Under the pieces are notes generated by a model that was not told where the DNA came from, made no database searches, and saw only the letters and a program-made list of their open reading frames with translations. The translations under genes were made by a program, and so were the position numbers. From Candidatus Latescibacterota bacterium (lineage in GTDB: Bacteria > Latescibacterota > UBA2968 > GCA-2709665), in the NCBI GenBank assembly GCA_965219995.1, contig CBDCOX010000002.1, positions 3,264,001 through 3,328,000 of the forward strand: DNA of 64,000 nucleotides. The letters run 5' to 3'. Below are positions 49,125 to 59,065 of the stretch, one piece after another. Numbering within the stretch: the stretch's first letter is position 1; the number at the start of each line of letters is the position of its first letter.

Positions 49125-50111
49125 ATGCCCTCCTACCGAGCGGCCCTCATCGGCTGCGGCAACATATCCGGCCGCCACGCACGAGCCTACGTCGACCAGG
49201 GCAACGTCGAGCTTGTTGCCGCCTGCGACATCAACCCGGTGACTCTGAACAAGACCTGCGACGAATTGAACATTCCCGGCCGCTACGCTTCTCACCAGGA
49301 CCTCTTCGAGCGCGAGTCCGACGTCGATCTCGTCAGCGTATGCACCTACCCGAAGGTCCACGCCGAGCAAACCGTCGCCGCGGCAAACGCCGGCGCAAAG
49401 GGCGTACTGTGCGAAAAGCCCATGTGTCTGAGTCTGGACGAAGCCGACGCCATGATCCACGCCTGCCGGCAGAACAATACGCGGCTGGTTATTGCCCACC
49501 GGCACCGCCAGAGCCCCAACTTCAACAAGGCGCGAAACCTGATTGACGAAGGCGCCATTGGAGAACCCCGACTGGTCTGGAGCTATCTCACCAGCTGCCT
49601 GGTGGACAACGGCACCCATATCGTCGACATGATGCGCTACCTTCTGGGCGATCCGGAGGCGGACTGGGCGATGGGGCAGGCGTCCCGCAAACGCGACACC
49701 CTCTATCAGGGCTCGCCCGCGGAAGAATCCAGTATGGGGCTTGTCGCGTTCAGGACCGGGACCCGCGCCTTCCTCGAAATGGGTGAAAAGACGCAAACGG
49801 ACGGGTTCCGCTTTCGCGTTCTGGGAAGCGAAGGAACGATAGAAGCCGCCCTCGACGAGGTGATCCTCACCGACAAAAACGGCATCGCACACTTTCGCGA
49901 GGCACCCAAACCCGGCTTCTTCGAGCAGACCGGGGAGATGATCGCGTGGATGGAAGGCGGACCCGAGCACCGGAGTTCAGCCGAACAGGGCCGGGCCGCA
50001 ACCGAACTCCTTATGGCGATGCACGAATCCGCCCGGATCGGTGAGCTGATCGAGCTGCCTCTCAAGATTGGGTTCGATCCGATGAAGAAGAGAACGGAAA
50101 AAAGCGGGTAG
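49125..50111 (+). CDS. Gfo/Idh/MocA oxidoreductase
   Basis: ALIGCGNIS, LCEKPM, DNGTH..D. Confidence 0.9.
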   Translation: MPSYRAALIGCGNISGRHARAYVDQGNVELVAACDINPVTLNKTCDELNIPGRYASHQDLFERESDVDLVSVCTYPKVHAEQTVAAANAGAKGVLCEKPMCLSLDEADAMIHACRQNNTRLVIAHRHRQSPNFNKARNLIDEGAIGEPRLVWSYLTSCLVDNGTHIVDMMRYLLGDPEADWAMGQASRKRDTLYQGSPAEESSMGLVAFRTGTRAFLEMGEKTQTDGFRFRVLGSEGTIEAALDEVILTDKNGIAHFREAPKPGFFEQTGEMIAWMEGGPEHRSSAEQGRAATELLMAMHESARIGELIELPLKIGFDPMKKRTEKSG

Positions 50112-50478
50112 ACGTAAGACGTGAGACGTGAGATGATCACCCCGCATCGCTCGGACATCGATATGGACTGGCGATATCAATTCGTCGATGCGCGGACCTC
50201 TCCTCGCGCCCCCCACCCCTGGGGAGACGTTAGACGTGAGACGGGAGAAGAAATGAGTGCCTGTTCGGTATCATCTCTTGCCGCAGGCATAAGGGAAAAA
50301 CCAATCTGGCGAGGATGTCATCTACCGTCTACCGTCTTGCCGCTTTTTTCTACCGTCTACCGTCTTGCGTCTCACCGGTTTTATTGCCCCGTGCGGGTTC
50401 ATCTCTTGCCGACGGCATTAAGGACGAGCCAATTGGGCAAGGACGTCTTCTACCGTCTCACGTCTACCCTCTTACCGC
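50104..50478. repeat. Cluster of heptamer-armed elements between convergent genes
   Basis: AGACGTG/AGACGGG arms and TCTACCG/TCTCACG counter-arms; both flanking stop codons lie in element termini. Confidence 0.8.
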
Positions 50479-52226
50479 CTTGCGGGTGCGCCCTTTGGGG
50501 TCGCTCCGGTGTAAAGCCCGCCCCGGCTCCGGTCGTAAATCACTTCGATCTTCCCGTTTTCCGATACCAGCCGCGGCACGTTGCTGCTCTTCTCGTCGCG
50601 GTCGGGCCCCCGCATCACCGCCAGTTGCGCCTCGCCCATCCCCTCCAGAAGATCGCCCCATCGCTCCTCCGGGGTCGCCATTGCCGCCCCGCCGTTGAAG
50701 TGCCGCGAAGAGTACCGCGTGAGGATGACGCGGCGTGGGACGTCGCTCTTCCACGCCAGTGCGCCGTGCGCCTGCGGGCCGTCCATAAAGAAGATGACGT
50801 CGCCGGCCTTTGTCAGCGGATGCGTCACCAGACCCATGTCCTCGTCGCAGGTCCACACCCCCCTGGGGATTCCGTACTGGGACTTGTGGCTTCCCGGCAC
50901 ACAGGCAAACCCACCGTCGTGTTCGGTCACGTCGCGCAATTGCCAGGCCACGCCGACGGACGGTCCCCCCAGGGCATAGCTCCGGCCGTTCTGGAAGGTA
51001 TAGTTACGAGACGGACTCAACGGCTCGTTGCCGCCATGCAGAAAGTGTCCTGCGCCACCCCTGGGTGTACAGATCGCCTCGAAGCCTGTACACCGGAATC
51101 CCTTCCCTCCCATCCAGGTGAGGCGGTGCACCACCGCCGGGTGGGCGAGCATCTTCCGGAACGGTTCGCAGAAGGGCCTGGGCAGTTCAAGCAGGCCGGT
51201 CAAGGTGGGCCGCCCGGTTCCCGCCAGACTTTTGGACCCCATGGCCAGATCCACGCTTTCAACCACGATGCGTTCCGTAAACCGGTCGATCGCCTCGTTC
51301 GCCAGCGCCAGGTCTTCCGGCGTCATCACGTTTCTGAGGACGAGGTGACCGCACAGGTCCCAGAAATAGAACTCCTTTTCGTCGATGTTCGAATCCGGGT
51401 TCCTGATATAGATGGAGGGGTGGGACAGGTCGGGTTCCGGGTCCACCCGGCAGGTCTCACCATCCGAACTGAGCGTTGGAGGCGGGTCGGTATCTCTGTA
51501 TCCGGGTTTGTGCAGCATCACGCGTTGCTCCGGCGTCAATTCCGCCATCCATTCCGGCTGCTCTTCCTTCCGCGTCTTCGGTCCTGTGCCGACGGACTGA
51601 ACGGCCGCGTGTCCCGCGTATCTGTACATGAGCAGCCGTTGTGGGAGCTCCTTCGTACCGGAAGGTACGCCCTGAAGCAGGGTCGCCGCGCACAGCAGCA
51701 GGTCGCCTGCCTTCAGCGCCGGCTGAACGGTCAATCCCAGGTCGTCCTTCCCGGTCAGCACGTCTTCGGGGGTTTCCACGTTGCTTTTGTGGCTGCACGG
51801 TACCAGCGAGAGCCCGCCGTCTCCCGTACTCGTGTCGGACAGCGCCCAGATGGCGTGTATCCCCTGGCAGTGCCGGCGGCCGTTGAGGATATAGTAGGCC
51901 CGTCCGGCATCCATCGGTTCATTGCCGCCAATCAGGCCGCCGGCAGCCCCATCCGTTTCACCGATCAACTCCGGTTCGCGGTCCAGCCGAAAACCGTATC
52001 CGATGAGCTGGTTCAGGTACCCCACCACCAAGGGATGGACCATCAGTTCCCGGAACGGCTCCCGCTGCGGCGCAGGCCACCCGAGCATGCCGTTCGCGCG
52101 GCCCTCCCGGTCGAGTGCCCTGTTGCAGGCCTCCACCTCCCGGGGCGTCAGAACACCCCGCAAAACGAGGTATCCCGAGATATCGAAACAGTAGTTCTCC
52201 TCGTGGCTCATCTCCGCCCGGTCCAT
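50472..52226 (-). CDS. Tandem two-domain PhyH-family protein (N-domain lacks metal His, C-domain HxG)
   Basis: FDISGY...GLIGGNEP...PCSHK...LLQG (domain 1); FWDLCGH...FLHGGNEP...PGSHK...QAHG (domain 2). Confidence 0.88.
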   Translation of the reverse strand: MDRAEMSHEENYCFDISGYLVLRGVLTPREVEACNRALDREGRANGMLGWPAPQREPFRELMVHPLVVGYLNQLIGYGFRLDREPELIGETDGAAGGLIGGNEPMDAGRAYYILNGRRHCQGIHAIWALSDTSTGDGGLSLVPCSHKSNVETPEDVLTGKDDLGLTVQPALKAGDLLLCAATLLQGVPSGTKELPQRLLMYRYAGHAAVQSVGTGPKTRKEEQPEWMAELTPEQRVMLHKPGYRDTDPPPTLSSDGETCRVDPEPDLSHPSIYIRNPDSNIDEKEFYFWDLCGHLVLRNVMTPEDLALANEAIDRFTERIVVESVDLAMGSKSLAGTGRPTLTGLLELPRPFCEPFRKMLAHPAVVHRLTWMGGKGFRCTGFEAICTPRGGAGHFLHGGNEPLSPSRNYTFQNGRSYALGGPSVGVAWQLRDVTEHDGGFACVPGSHKSQYGIPRGVWTCDEDMGLVTHPLTKAGDVIFFMDGPQAHGALAWKSDVPRRVILTRYSSRHFNGGAAMATPEERWGDLLEGMGEAQLAVMRGPDRDEKSSNVPRLVSENGKIEVIYDRSRGGLYTGATPKGAPARR

Positions 52227-52282
52227 TACCAACCTCCTCGAAGTTGTACCTTCGCCAGAAACTATGATAATATGTAGTAGTC

Positions 52283-52312
52283 ATGATACTTGTAGATATC
52301 AGAAGGTGTCAA
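52283..52312 (-). promoter_or_regulatory. sigma70-type promoter
   Basis: Minus strand TTGACA-N18-TATCAT upstream of ATG 52226. Confidence 0.5.
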
Positions 52313-52388
52313 TCAAAAAAGGGACGCGCCTCGCGTTCGCCCGTCGCTTGCGAACGGCGCAACAAAGTGTTACCTATGTATCAGAGAG

Positions 52389-52951
52389 GCGGTGAGACGT
52401 AAGACGGGAGACGGGAGATTATATGATTGCCTGTTCGGTATCATCTCTTGCCGCAGGCATAGTGGAAGAACCAATCGGGCAAAGACGTCATCTACCGTCT
52501 ACCCTCTTACGTCTCACCGAATTTACGCAGACCTCTCCCCCCAGCCCCCTCTCCTGTGAGGAGAGGGGGAGCTAAGGCAGGCGTCGCTTGCCGGTCATCT
52601 ATAGACACTTTGATCGAGAGGAAATCGCCATCCCGGCACTCTTGCGAGCCCGGTACATCGACCCTTCACCGTTTCCCCTTCCTCCCAGGAAGGGGGCTAG
52701 GGGGTAGGTCACGAAAGGCGGGGAGACGGGAGAGGTGAGACGGGAGAAGACATCAGTGCCCGCTGGTTTTCCTGATCGTAACGAAAAGGGCGAAAAATTC
52801 GGCACGGGTTAAAACAAAACGCGTTTTGCCAATCTCCAGCATATGGTCGACGAGATTCATCATCGCCTCTTGGCTCTATCCCTTTATGACTTGGCGCCGC
52901 ATTACGTGACAAAGTCTTTCCTCTACCGTCTACCGTCTCACGTCTAACCGC
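52389..52951. repeat. Heptamer-armed hairpins and CCCCTCTCC/GGAGAGGGG palindromes
   Basis: Full 131-bp element at 52389-52519; a further armed element at ~52718-52951. Confidence 0.78.
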
Positions 52952-53014
52952 TTTCAGGTTTTCATTCTTCCTTCATCCTTTTTCCTTCTTCATTTTTTTT
53001 GAAAGGATTTCACC

Positions 53015-53977
53015 ATGACAGATCTAAAGGCTGCTGTGATCGGCTGCGGCGGGCACGCCCAGTCGCACCTTCAGATGATCGCGAACGAACCGAGGCTCCG
53101 GCTGGCGGGCATCGCGGAGCTCGACGAGGCGCGGTTGCGCGGGAACCGGGCGGAATGGGCGCCTGAGCAAGCCTTTTCCGACTACCGCCGGATGCTGGAC
53201 GCGTGCCGGCCGGACGTGGTGTACGTGGTCACGGACCCCGGTCACCTTCTGCCCATTGTGCTGGAGTGCCTGGGCCGGGGTATCCACACGTCGGTGGAGA
53301 AGTCACCCGGAATGAACGTGGAAGAAACCGAACAGATGGCGAGCGCCGCCCGCCGGAGCGCGGGCAAGGCCATCGTGTCGCTCAACCGTCGATACTATCC
53401 TCACGTGCTGGCCGTCCGGCGGCGTATCCAGGCGGGCGGCGGCGCGGTACACGTCGCGGCGACGTACAACAAGCCGTTGGCCCGGTTCAGGGACACAACG
53501 CCCGATCCGGTGATCTGCGACGCGATCCACCATGTGGACCTGATTCGCTGGTTGGCAGGTTCCGGCCCAGAGGAAGCGGCGATACCGGTGGAAGTGCGGG
53601 GGATGGTGCAGGACGGCGAGCGCCCCGTGTGCCATCGCCACAATGCCGTGGTTCGCTTCGACACGGGCGCGTTCGGCGTGCTGATGAGCCACTACGGCGT
53701 GGGATATCGGATCCAGCGGGCGGAAGTGCATGCCGAGGACCTGTCGGCCTATCTCGATCTGACTCGGGCACCGAAGGTGGAGGGATATGAGCGGGGCGAG
53801 GCGTTTTCAGTGGGGGACGACGAAATCGAGGCCGTGGGCGGGGCCGCTTTCAACGAGACCGCCCACTTCGTCGACTGCATTCTGGAAGACCGCACGCCAT
53901 GGTCAACGCTGGACGACGCCATCCAGACCATGCGCCTGTGCGAGGCCATCCGCGCCGGTCACGTGGGGACGTTGTAA
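53015..53977 (+). CDS. Gfo/Idh/MocA oxidoreductase
   Basis: AVIGCGGHA, PDVVYV, VEKSPG, NRRY, DAIHHVD. Confidence 0.88.
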   Translation: MTDLKAAVIGCGGHAQSHLQMIANEPRLRLAGIAELDEARLRGNRAEWAPEQAFSDYRRMLDACRPDVVYVVTDPGHLLPIVLECLGRGIHTSVEKSPGMNVEETEQMASAARRSAGKAIVSLNRRYYPHVLAVRRRIQAGGGAVHVAATYNKPLARFRDTTPDPVICDAIHHVDLIRWLAGSGPEEAAIPVEVRGMVQDGERPVCHRHNAVVRFDTGAFGVLMSHYGVGYRIQRAEVHAEDLSAYLDLTRAPKVEGYERGEAFSVGDDEIEAVGGAAFNETAHFVDCILEDRTPWSTLDDAIQTMRLCEAIRAGHVGTL

Positions 53978-54059
53978 GGGACGGGAAACCGTAGCGTATG
54001 GGATGAGGAGGCGAGTCGTCCAACCTGGTTGGCTGCTGCATCAAACGATGCGCAGGCCT

Positions 54060-56477
54060 TTATTCATACCTTAGCGCGTCCACGGGATTCGCCATGGCGG
54101 CCTTGACTGCCTGGGCGCCCACGGCGAGCATGGCGGTTCCGAGCGCAAGAACGCCGCATAGAATGAAGATTCCGGGCTCAGGATCGATCCTGTAGGCGAA
54201 ATTCTGAAGCCAGCCGTTCATTATGTAGTAGGCTACCGGCCAGGCCAGCAAATTGGCGACCAGAACAAGCTTCGCGAATTCGCCGGAAAGCAGAAGAACG
54301 AGGCGTGAGACCGAGCCGCCTAGCGCCTTTCGGATACCCACCTCCCTGGTTCGCCGTGTTACGGACAGTGACGCCAGCCCGAGAAGTCCCAGACAGGAAA
54401 TCAGAATCGCGAATAGAAACGTATATCCCGTAATCCTGAACCATCGATCTTCACTCCGGTACTGACGGGCGAGATTGTCTTCCAGGAAGGAATAATAAAA
54501 GGGCTCGTCCGACGCCACTGCCTCCCATGTCTTCTGCAGATAAGCGATCGTACCGGCAATATCCTCGGGCCGAATTCGGATCAGAACGAAGGGGCCGAAT
54601 GCCCTGGGTCCATCGTGCAAGAGCAATGGCTGAATTTCCTTGCGCATGGAATCGAAATGGAAATCCCCAACAACGCCGATGATGGTCGGTTCTCCCAGGT
54701 TCCGCCAGGCTGGATTTCTCAGAGTCTTTCCAACGGTTTCTCCCCAATCCAGCATTCCCGCCAACTTCTCATTCGCGAGCGCATACGAGGTAGAATCGGA
54801 GGAAGACGCCGGTGGGATATTTCGTCCTGCGACGAGCCGAATGTCCAGGGTCTCGAGGTAGTCGCGGTCTATCTGGATTACGCGAACATTGAGACGGTCG
54901 CCGTTTACCTTTTCCATGGGAACAACATTGTACCCGGTCGTAAATGCCCGGTCACTGATGGTTGCACTGACAACCCCTGGGGATTTGGCGATTTCCGCCT
55001 TGTAACGAGCACAGACAGCGTCTGCATTGCTCACCATGCCACGAACAATCACCACCTGTTCTTCTCGGTACCCTAAATCCTTGTCTCTCACGTAGTTGAG
55101 CTGTCGAAACATCATCGCGGCGCCGATCATCAGGGATATCGACATGGCATACTGCCCTACTACAAGCGCCCGCGAACCTGCGTTTCGCCCTCCAATCCGC
55201 AACTGGCCCTTGAGTACGTCCACTGTTTGGAGCCCGGGGAGAACAAGGGCAGGATAGCTGCCCGCTGCCAGTCCAACGATGAACACCATCCCAGAAAGCA
55301 CGAGCGCTGTTCCCCAACCGTCCAGGTAGGGGATGCTCAGGTTCTTGCGCGCGAGCCCGCTGAAGACAGGGAGGAACATCTCGGCCAGCGCGACTGCCAT
55401 CGCAAGGGCAATCAGGCTCAATAGCAGCGCCTCGCCCCAAAACTGCCCCATGAGTTGCGCCCGATGCGCGCCCATCGCCTTGCGCATTCCCACTTCACGA
55501 GCGCGTCCGGCGGACCGGCCGGCTGCCAGGGTCATGTAATTGATGCCCGCGATTGCAAGCACCAGAAGCGCAAGTCCGGAAAGCACGTAGGAATAGACTA
55601 CGTTGCCAGCGGCTTCGTACGAGTTGCCTCTGACGTCGGCATTCAGGTAAACGTCCCGAAGCGGTTGAAGGCGCAGCCTTACTCCGTCCTCCGTGTGTCC
55701 CACACGACCGTGTTCTTTCAACAGCCCGATCCTGTCCCCCAGGTGCTTCCCGGCAAACGGCGGAAACGCGGCTTCCAGCGACTCAGATTCCTGCGCGTCC
55801 AACAGTTGCACGTATATAGAGGCCGTCCCGCCCGTGCCATCCCTGTTGATTGGATAGTTGTTGTGGTACTCAATGGGGATAAGTAGACCGAACTTCAGGC
55901 TGGAGGTCTCGGGAACGTCCCGCATCACTCCCGTAACGGCGAATGGCTTGCCCCCAAGCATCACTGGTTTCCCGAGCGCCTCAGCGTACCCGCCATCCGG
56001 ATTGCCGAAGAGCTTGAACGCGACGGTCTCGCTTATCACGGCGCCGTCGAGCCGTTGTAGGGCTGTCGCGGGGTTTCCGACCAGGAGTTGGAATGAGAAC
56101 ATTTTCAGAAAGTCGGGTTCGACCATCCCGAAGCGTTCTGGCAAGAAGCGCTTCTGGTACGAGACCTGGGTATGGGATCGAATGAACCCGCTCGCGCGCA
56201 CTATCCCCGGGAATTCTTCTTTCAGAGATGCCGCAAGTGACACCGGGTGAAGGGTGGAAAATCCGATACTGCCGTCAGGCCTGGTCTCCCTCACAACGAC
56301 GCGAAAAATGCGGTCGGCGTTCTCGTGGAAGGCGTCGAACTGCCACTCGTGTCTGACGTAAAGAAAGATGAGAATACAGCAGGCAAGGGCGACTGCCAGT
56401 CCGAACACGTTGATGAACGCGTACAGCTTCTGCCGGAGCAGGTGTCGCACGGCCACGATCAGGTAGTTGCGGAACAT
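54060..56477 (-). CDS. MacB/FtsX-type duplicated ABC permease
   Basis: MFRNYL..A.R.L, RAREVGMRKAMGA, RTREVGIRKALG, ANPVDALRYE. Confidence 0.93.
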   Translation of the reverse strand: MFRNYLIVAVRHLLRQKLYAFINVFGLAVALACCILIFLYVRHEWQFDAFHENADRIFRVVVRETRPDGSIGFSTLHPVSLAASLKEEFPGIVRASGFIRSHTQVSYQKRFLPERFGMVEPDFLKMFSFQLLVGNPATALQRLDGAVISETVAFKLFGNPDGGYAEALGKPVMLGGKPFAVTGVMRDVPETSSLKFGLLIPIEYHNNYPINRDGTGGTASIYVQLLDAQESESLEAAFPPFAGKHLGDRIGLLKEHGRVGHTEDGVRLRLQPLRDVYLNADVRGNSYEAAGNVVYSYVLSGLALLVLAIAGINYMTLAAGRSAGRAREVGMRKAMGAHRAQLMGQFWGEALLLSLIALAMAVALAEMFLPVFSGLARKNLSIPYLDGWGTALVLSGMVFIVGLAAGSYPALVLPGLQTVDVLKGQLRIGGRNAGSRALVVGQYAMSISLMIGAAMMFRQLNYVRDKDLGYREEQVVIVRGMVSNADAVCARYKAEIAKSPGVVSATISDRAFTTGYNVVPMEKVNGDRLNVRVIQIDRDYLETLDIRLVAGRNIPPASSSDSTSYALANEKLAGMLDWGETVGKTLRNPAWRNLGEPTIIGVVGDFHFDSMRKEIQPLLLHDGPRAFGPFVLIRIRPEDIAGTIAYLQKTWEAVASDEPFYYSFLEDNLARQYRSEDRWFRITGYTFLFAILISCLGLLGLASLSVTRRTREVGIRKALGGSVSRLVLLLSGEFAKLVLVANLLAWPVAYYIMNGWLQNFAYRIDPEPGIFILCGVLALGTAMLAVGAQAVKAAMANPVDALRYE

Positions 56478-56637
56478 CCTGAATCCTCAACGCCTTGGTC
56501 CCGCGGCGAATTGGAGATGCAAAACGTCGACCGGATTCGCCGTCGTAAATCGGAATGACGTGCGATTTATCGGACGTTGGTTCTTATCCTGTTCATCCGG
56601 TCCATCCATGTTAATTTCGGTTCATGACTGACATGGG

Positions 56638-57327
56638 TTAATTCGGCGCCTGTTCCTTGATGTTTTCCGATACCACGTGGCCGTCGAACAGGTGGACGAT
56701 GCGGTGGGCGAACCCGGCATCGTGGGCCTTGTGCGTCACCATGACGATGGTCGTCCCGTTCTTGTTCAGCTCCGTCAGCAACCCCATGACTTCATTGCCG
56801 TTGGCGGAATCCAGGTTCCCCGTCGGCTCATCCGCGAGGATGATATTCGGATTCGAGATGACGGCCCGCGCCACGGCCACGCGCTGCTGTTGACCCCCGG
56901 ACAATTGTTGCGGAAAGTGCTTCTCACGGTGCTTGATGCCCATATATTCCATCGACTCGTCCACGCGCTTCCTGCGTTCCTTCGACGGCATCTTCAGGTA
57001 CAGCAGCGGCAGTTCGATGTTTTCGGCCACGGTCAGTTCGTCGATCAGATTGAAACTCTGGAACACGAAACCGATATTCTCCTTCCGGGCATCGGCTCTC
57101 TGCCGTTCCGTGTGTCCTGAGACCTCCACGTCGTTCAGGTAGTATTCGCCGCCGGTCGGATTATCCAGCAGTCCGAGCACGTTCAGGAGCGTGGACTTTC
57201 CGCAGCCCGACGGCCCCATCACGGCGACGAACTCGCCTTTGCTGATCTCCAGATTCACATTCCGAAGCGCGGTCGTTTCGACTTCTTCCGTTCGGTAAAC
57301 CTTCTGTAAATCGACTGTCTTGATCAT
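56638..57327 (-). CDS. ABC transporter ATP-binding protein (LolD/MacB-like)
   Basis: GPSGCGKST, GFVFQSFNL, LSGGQQQRVA, ADEPTGNLD. Confidence 0.95.
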   Translation of the reverse strand: MIKTVDLQKVYRTEEVETTALRNVNLEISKGEFVAVMGPSGCGKSTLLNVLGLLDNPTGGEYYLNDVEVSGHTERQRADARKENIGFVFQSFNLIDELTVAENIELPLLYLKMPSKERRKRVDESMEYMGIKHREKHFPQQLSGGQQQRVAVARAVISNPNIILADEPTGNLDSANGNEVMGLLTELNKNGTTIVMVTHKAHDAGFAHRIVHLFDGHVVSENIKEQAPN

Positions 57328-57347
57328 CTCGGAGCTCCTAAAAAAAG

Positions 57348-57587
57348 GGTAGACGTTAGACGGGAGACGGTAGAGGATCACACCGCGCCCACAGGATATC
57401 GATATGGCCAGGCGAAGTCCATCAGCGATACGGGCGGAACCTCTCCCCCCGGCCCCTCAAAAGCGGTGAGAGGGGAGACGGGAGATGATATGAATGCCTG
57501 TTCGGTATCATCTCTTGCCGGAGGCAGAAAGGAAGAACCAATCGGGCAAGGACGTCTTCTACCGTCTTACGTCTCACGTCTCACCGC
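57348..57587. repeat. Composite repeat including a heptamer-armed hairpin (57463-57587)
   Basis: Same interior GCCTGTTCGGTATCATCTCTTGCCG.AGGCA as at 50260 and 52430. Confidence 0.8.
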
Positions 57588-59008
57588 TGTAAAACGAGTT
57601 TATCGATTTCTTCATAGTTCTCATACGACGACGTTACGACGCGCTCACCGGGCGACAGGCCCTCGAGCACCTCGAAGTATTCGGGATTCTGGCGTCCGAT
57701 GCGAACATCGCGCCGGACGGCCACGTCGCCCTCCACCACAAAGACCCAATTCCCGCCCGTGGTCTGATAGAAGCCGCCGCGCGGCAACAACGTCGCGACT
57801 TCCGGCGCGTCCAGTTCCAGCCGAATCTGCTCCGTCTGTCCGCGGCGGATACTTCGCGGCGCCTCGCCCACAAAGTCCATATCCACCTCGAACTGCCCCT
57901 CCTTCACCTCGGGGAAGACGCGGCGGATCCTCAACTCGAAGATCTCGTCGTCGATCTCAATCGTCCCCTTGAGTCCCGCTGTAATCCTGGTAATGTAGAA
58001 TTCATCGATGGCCGCGCGCATCTTGTACGCGTCCAGAACGTCGATCTGGCCGATGCTGGTCCCCTTCGCGATCAGCTTGCCGATCTCGGCGTTGAGTTGC
58101 GACAACTGCCCGTCGATCGGCGCGCGGACAGTCAGGTTTCTCAATGGACGTCGCACGTCATCCAGTTGAAGCTGAAGACTCCTGGCGCGCTTCTGGAGGG
58201 CGGCCAGCTCGTTGACGCGATAGATGGAGTCGCGTCGCACGGTTTCCAGCATAAACACTTTGAGCTTCTGCGCGTGCTCGTATTTGTCCTTGGCCGACTC
58301 GAATACGTCGCGGGAGGCGAGGTTGTTTTGGAATAGCGCTTCCTGCCTGCGAAAGTCGCGCTCGGACTTCTGAAGGTCCAGTTCGATGTCCATCAGGGAA
58401 CGTTTGCGCTGGATATCCTGGATTTCCTGGCTTAACCGCGTGTTTTCCATTCTGTTGATCTGCTCGAACAACTGCGCTTCCTGGCTCAACACGGTCTGTT
58501 CCAGGGTCGGATTCGACATCCGCAGGATCGGCGTACCCCGTTCGACCATCGCCCCGACTTCAAGGAAGATCTCCTCTACCTGCCCGCCTTCCAGCGCATC
58601 CAGATAGTGGGTCTGAATGGGCATCACCGTGCCTCGCTGCGGGATGAATTCCTGGAAGGGGCCGATGGTGACTTCGGAAACTGTGATCCGCTCCACCTGC
58701 ACGTTGAGCCTGGCGCTGTGGTCGCCGAAAATGGCCATGTAGACGACCAATCCCACAAAGCCCGTGACCGCGCCGCCACTCAGGATGCGCTTCGGCGTCC
58801 ACAGTTTCTTCTGGATCTTGCGGTCCATGCCCTCGGTTGGCGTCTCCCGTACAGACGCGGAGGTACCGGCATTCACGAACCCTGGAATCGGCTTGTCTCC
58901 GCCCACGGAGTCAGCCGGATCTGACGGCGTTTCCGGACCCGAAGCCGCGTCCTTCCGATTCAGCTTCAACAGACGTCCCTTTCGCTTCCGTGGTTTTGGC
59001 TCTTCCAT
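57581..59008 (-). CDS. HlyD/RND-type periplasmic adaptor
   Basis: MDRKI..K TM helix, EGGQVEEI, coiled coil, VRAPIDG, GRQNPEYFEVLEGL; true start may be internal. Confidence 0.88.
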   Translation of the reverse strand: MEEPKPRKRKGRLLKLNRKDAASGPETPSDPADSVGGDKPIPGFVNAGTSASVRETPTEGMDRKIQKKLWTPKRILSGGAVTGFVGLVVYMAIFGDHSARLNVQVERITVSEVTIGPFQEFIPQRGTVMPIQTHYLDALEGGQVEEIFLEVGAMVERGTPILRMSNPTLEQTVLSQEAQLFEQINRMENTRLSQEIQDIQRKRSLMDIELDLQKSERDFRRQEALFQNNLASRDVFESAKDKYEHAQKLKVFMLETVRRDSIYRVNELAALQKRARSLQLQLDDVRRPLRNLTVRAPIDGQLSQLNAEIGKLIAKGTSIGQIDVLDAYKMRAAIDEFYITRITAGLKGTIEIDDEIFELRIRRVFPEVKEGQFEVDMDFVGEAPRSIRRGQTEQIRLELDAPEVATLLPRGGFYQTTGGNWVFVVEGDVAVRRDVRIGRQNPEYFEVLEGLSPGERVVTSSYENYEEIDKLVLQR

Positions 59009-59065
59009 CGAACTTTCCTCTACGACCTCGGGGGCAACGGCTCCAATCCATCCCGGATCGTCGCC

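Noticed and set aside
50121-52277. 718-aa plus-strand ORF
   Set aside because: Starts inside repeats and is antisense to the tandem PhyH gene.
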